Source: Camelus ferus (taxonomy: Eukaryota). Taken from it: a DNA stretch of 64,000 nucleotides. The stretch covers positions 28,956,001 to 29,020,000 of the forward strand of contig NC_045696.1 of the NCBI RefSeq assembly GCF_009834535.1, given 5' to 3'. The notes beneath the pieces are model-generated. The model was not told the DNA's origin and did not search any database. It saw only the letters and a list, made by a program, of their open reading frames with translations. The stretch's first letter is position 1. Every line of letters starts with the position of its first letter. The position numbers were made by a program, and so were the translations under genes. Below are positions 62,050 through 64,000 of this stretch, in pieces.

Positions 62050-63400
62050 AAACCAACCTATGCCCTGCTCTCAAACCACCTTCATTTTGCTAGTGCACTT
62101 CTGTTACCTATGATGATGTCCTCATTTGTCACCGTTTATTGAAATACTCCCATTTCCTCAGATCTCACGTTTTCCATTGGGTCTTCACAATCCACCAGAG
62201 GAACCTCTTCTGAGCTTTTTCAGCAATCCAACACTTTTCATATTGTTGATATCTATTTTTTGTCTTGAAGGGTTATGCAAATACTTTGTTCTTGATTAGC
62301 ATTTGATAATTTCTGTTCTACTATTCCAGATCAAGAATCAATCCTTAGCAATCTTAGCTATCCCTTACTGATTTAATTAAATGTTTGTTGTTCAAATATG
62401 AATGGAAATATTTGTTTCATCTTGAAGGCCATTATTGTTTTTACTTGCCCTTCCTTCAACTTGTAGATAGATAGCCTCTTTCTTAAGCACTTTTAAAGAA
62501 ATTTCTTCCAGGTACAACAGGTCAAGTGGTATCTAAAGGCATGGAGCAAGTTCTTAGAACAATTAGTTGCAATCTGCACTGCAACTTTATGCTTCATATG
62601 GTGGCTTCTGGGTGAAGAAATGGCACAAAAGAGACAGTCAAGACAGAATAAAGTTTTATATTCTACAGTATATTTGATAGCTTTTTCAATACCTTACTAA
62701 GTGTTTTTCCACAAGTATGTCTCATAATAGTATATCTGTTTTGCCCAGATACAGTTCAGTTTTCCTGAGAATAAGTCAATCATAATAGAAAGTTTTAGTG
62801 CTCAATAGTATTGATGGTCAGAGAGAGGCCACTGAAGACAAGGCTTCTTTGTGAAGAAAGTGAAAGGAATTAAAACTAGAACCAGTTGATATTTTTCCCC
62901 ACAATGATGAATTTTTCCTTCTTTGCATAATTCTTTGTCTTTGTTCTCTGATCTCCTTGGCTACTGTCAAAACCAGAAACACTAGGCAGGTAATTGTCAA
63001 TGTTGCCTAACACTTGCTCTTGTATTTTGCACTCTCATTTTTATCCCTGTTTTATAAGGATGATGGAAGACATAACCAGAAAAGGTTTCTATACCTAAGA
63101 CAAATTGTCCTTAAAATCAGTCATTGGGCTTTCCAAAAATCATTTTTGCTGAATTAATCCTTTTAGATTTGTTCAAAACTGTTCAAAGTTAGTAACAGGA
63201 ATTATCTATAGCATTACAACAAGGTCACTTTCTGTTCCAGCTGAATAATTTTAGAAGTATTCAGGTACATTCTCTCCTGTGTCTTCTAATGTTTTTGGCA
63301 AGTGGACCATAAAAGAATTGTATGTCTTTTTTGGTCTAATAGTTGCTACTTTCCTGCATTCCCCAGGTGAATTTTCCAGATTTTATTTTGTTCCTTCCTA
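62050..63400 (-). mobile_element. Putative ancient Gypsy-like LTR-retrotransposon pol relic (RNaseH-integrase)
   Basis: Ordered degenerate minus-strand motifs: QLLDQKDIQFFYGPLAKN, VFHHPYKTGIK, TCLV, GEKYQLVLV..FFTK, VPFLHPEA, LRTCSMPLDTT*PVVPGR. Confidence 0.45.
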
Positions 63401-63514
63401 AAAGAGACTTAGTTGTCTGGGCTAGACTTAAAGTAACAGTAAATGTTTATATTAAAATGAATGTATCCCTGTTATAAGACTTATCAAGTAATGAGGTTCT
63501 CTGAAACATGGGAA

Positions 63515-64000
63515 ATTTCATGAAGCAAAAACTGACAAAATTAGAGGAATAGAGAGTTTAACAATAATAGTTACAGGTATTAATGCCATACTTTCAATAA
63601 TAAACAGAACAAGTAGGCAGAAAGTCAACAAGGAAATAGAACATTCGAACAACATTAAAATACAAACAGACCTAACAGGTACATATGGAATACTCCACTG
63701 ATCGATGGCAGAACACATATTCTCAACTGACCGTGAACATTCTCCAGGAAAAAACAAACATAAAAAGCAAAAAAAAAAAAAAAACCCAAAACCAAAAAAC
63801 TATATGCTAGTGTAAAAGACAAGCCTAAACATATTTAAAAGGACTGAAATATCGTCAAGTATGTTTTCTGACCACAACAGAATTAAACTAGAAATCAACA
63901 ACAGAAGGTAATTTGGAATAATCTTGAATATGTGGAAGTTAGACTGCACACCTCAATAACTATTGGATCAAGAAGATATCACAAGGTAAATTTAAAACAA
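63515..64000 (+). mobile_element. L1 ORF2 endonuclease-domain relic (continues past window end)
   Basis: aagtatgttttctgaccacaacagaattaaactagaaatc reads SMFSDHNRIKLEI (EN SDH motif). Confidence 0.9.

Overview
AT-rich, transposon-dense mammalian genomic DNA, almost certainly from a camelid (alpaca, llama or camel). The evidence is two copies of the tRNA-derived vic-1-type SINE plus artiodactyl-type L1 3' ends. I find no recognisable protein-coding exon, functional RNA gene, CRISPR array or prokaryotic feature. The ORF track is explained by decayed L1/ERV coding sequence, microsatellites and chance ORFs. About half of the window can be assigned by eye to L1, L2, MIR, HAL1, ERVL/MaLR/ERV1 and DNA-transposon relics. 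Subfamily names come from remembered consensus sequences, not a search, and boundaries without TSDs are approximate. The most notable items are four. (i) A single non-repetitive CpG-rich segment at about 20.70-21.14 kb with promoter motifs and two divergent 5' splice donors, a candidate bidirectional or germline-type promoter. (ii) Two inverted MER41-like solo LTRs, one with a canonical STAT GAS site and the other with an N4-spaced variant. (iii) A twin-primed 5'-inverted L1 with a decayed TSD and priming microhomology. (iv) A very decayed, tentative Gypsy-like RNaseH-integrase relic at about 62-63.4 kb. I cannot support a claim of a new biological system from sequence alone.
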